Source of the DNA: Malacoraja senta
Lineage: Eukaryota
NCBI GenBank assembly: GCA_038087875.1
Contig: CM075989.1
Location: 10,356,001 to 10,420,000, forward strand
Direction: 5' to 3'
Length of the DNA stretch: 64,000 bases
The notes under the pieces are model-generated. The model worked only from the letters and a program-made list of their open reading frames with translations. It ran no database searches and was not told the DNA's origin. Position numbers and translations under genes: made by a program. Shown here piece after piece: positions 63,751-64,000 of this stretch (position 1 is its first letter; every line of letters begins with the position of its first letter).

Positions 63751-64000
63751 GAACGATAGGTGTCCCGGGTGCTTGCCATGCCGGGCAAAATGGCACGGCT
63801 TTTAGATTGCCTGGCAGGACCTTAGGTCGCCATTAGCACCTGGGCAACCGTTAATTTCGAGCCCTGACAACGTATCAAATCTGGGATATTCCAGTGTAAA
63901 GGTCATTGTTAATTTTACAGTACACAATTTCATTCACATTATGCACAAAAGTTGATGTTATAATTATCAGTAGTTGTAGGTTTGCTTGTGGAAACCCCTT

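Larger units (their letters stand above)
60710..63866. mobile_element. hAT-like TIR pair with 5-bp TSD enclosing ~2.7 kb of other sequences
   Basis: CAGGGCTCtcacTTAAC / GTTAAtttcGAGCCCTG; ACAAC at 60705-60709 and 63867-63871; subterminal GGCAAC/GTTGCC repeats at both ends. Confidence 0.75.

Noticed and set aside
36100..64000. Exons of a neighbouring host gene
   Set aside because: No ORF or splice-bounded segment with recognisable host-protein similarity; small exons could have been missed by eye.

Overview
Vertebrate (eukaryotic) genomic DNA. The repeat content (HE1/V-SINE-like SINEs, CR1/HER1-like LINEs, Penelope) suggests a cartilaginous fish, probably a skate or ray; this is an inference. 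The only host gene I can support is an inhibitory SMAD, SMAD6, on the minus strand. Coding exons 1-3 are at 34408-33991, 31559-31503 and 30467-30399, with a putative promoter near 35.2 kb. The MH2-encoding last exon is not in the window, so 1-30398 is long intron 3. The rest is intronic or intergenic sequence rich in transposons: CR1, Rex/Babar, L1 and Penelope fragments, V-SINEs, Harbinger and hAT MITEs, Helitron-like elements, and a structurally complete but internally decayed DIRS1-type element. The most interesting signals are: (1) a dispersed ~95-nt Penelope-derived mini-element carrying a minimal hammerhead-ribozyme-like core, with young copies flanked by 14-bp target duplications; (2) a DIRS element with a perfect 80-bp ICR/terminus match despite ruined ORFs; (3) a 3.2-kb TIR-bounded composite with a 5-bp TSD that seems to carry genomic cargo; (4) candidate Smad-binding feedback elements around SMAD6. 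All calls were made by eye; no database searches were run.
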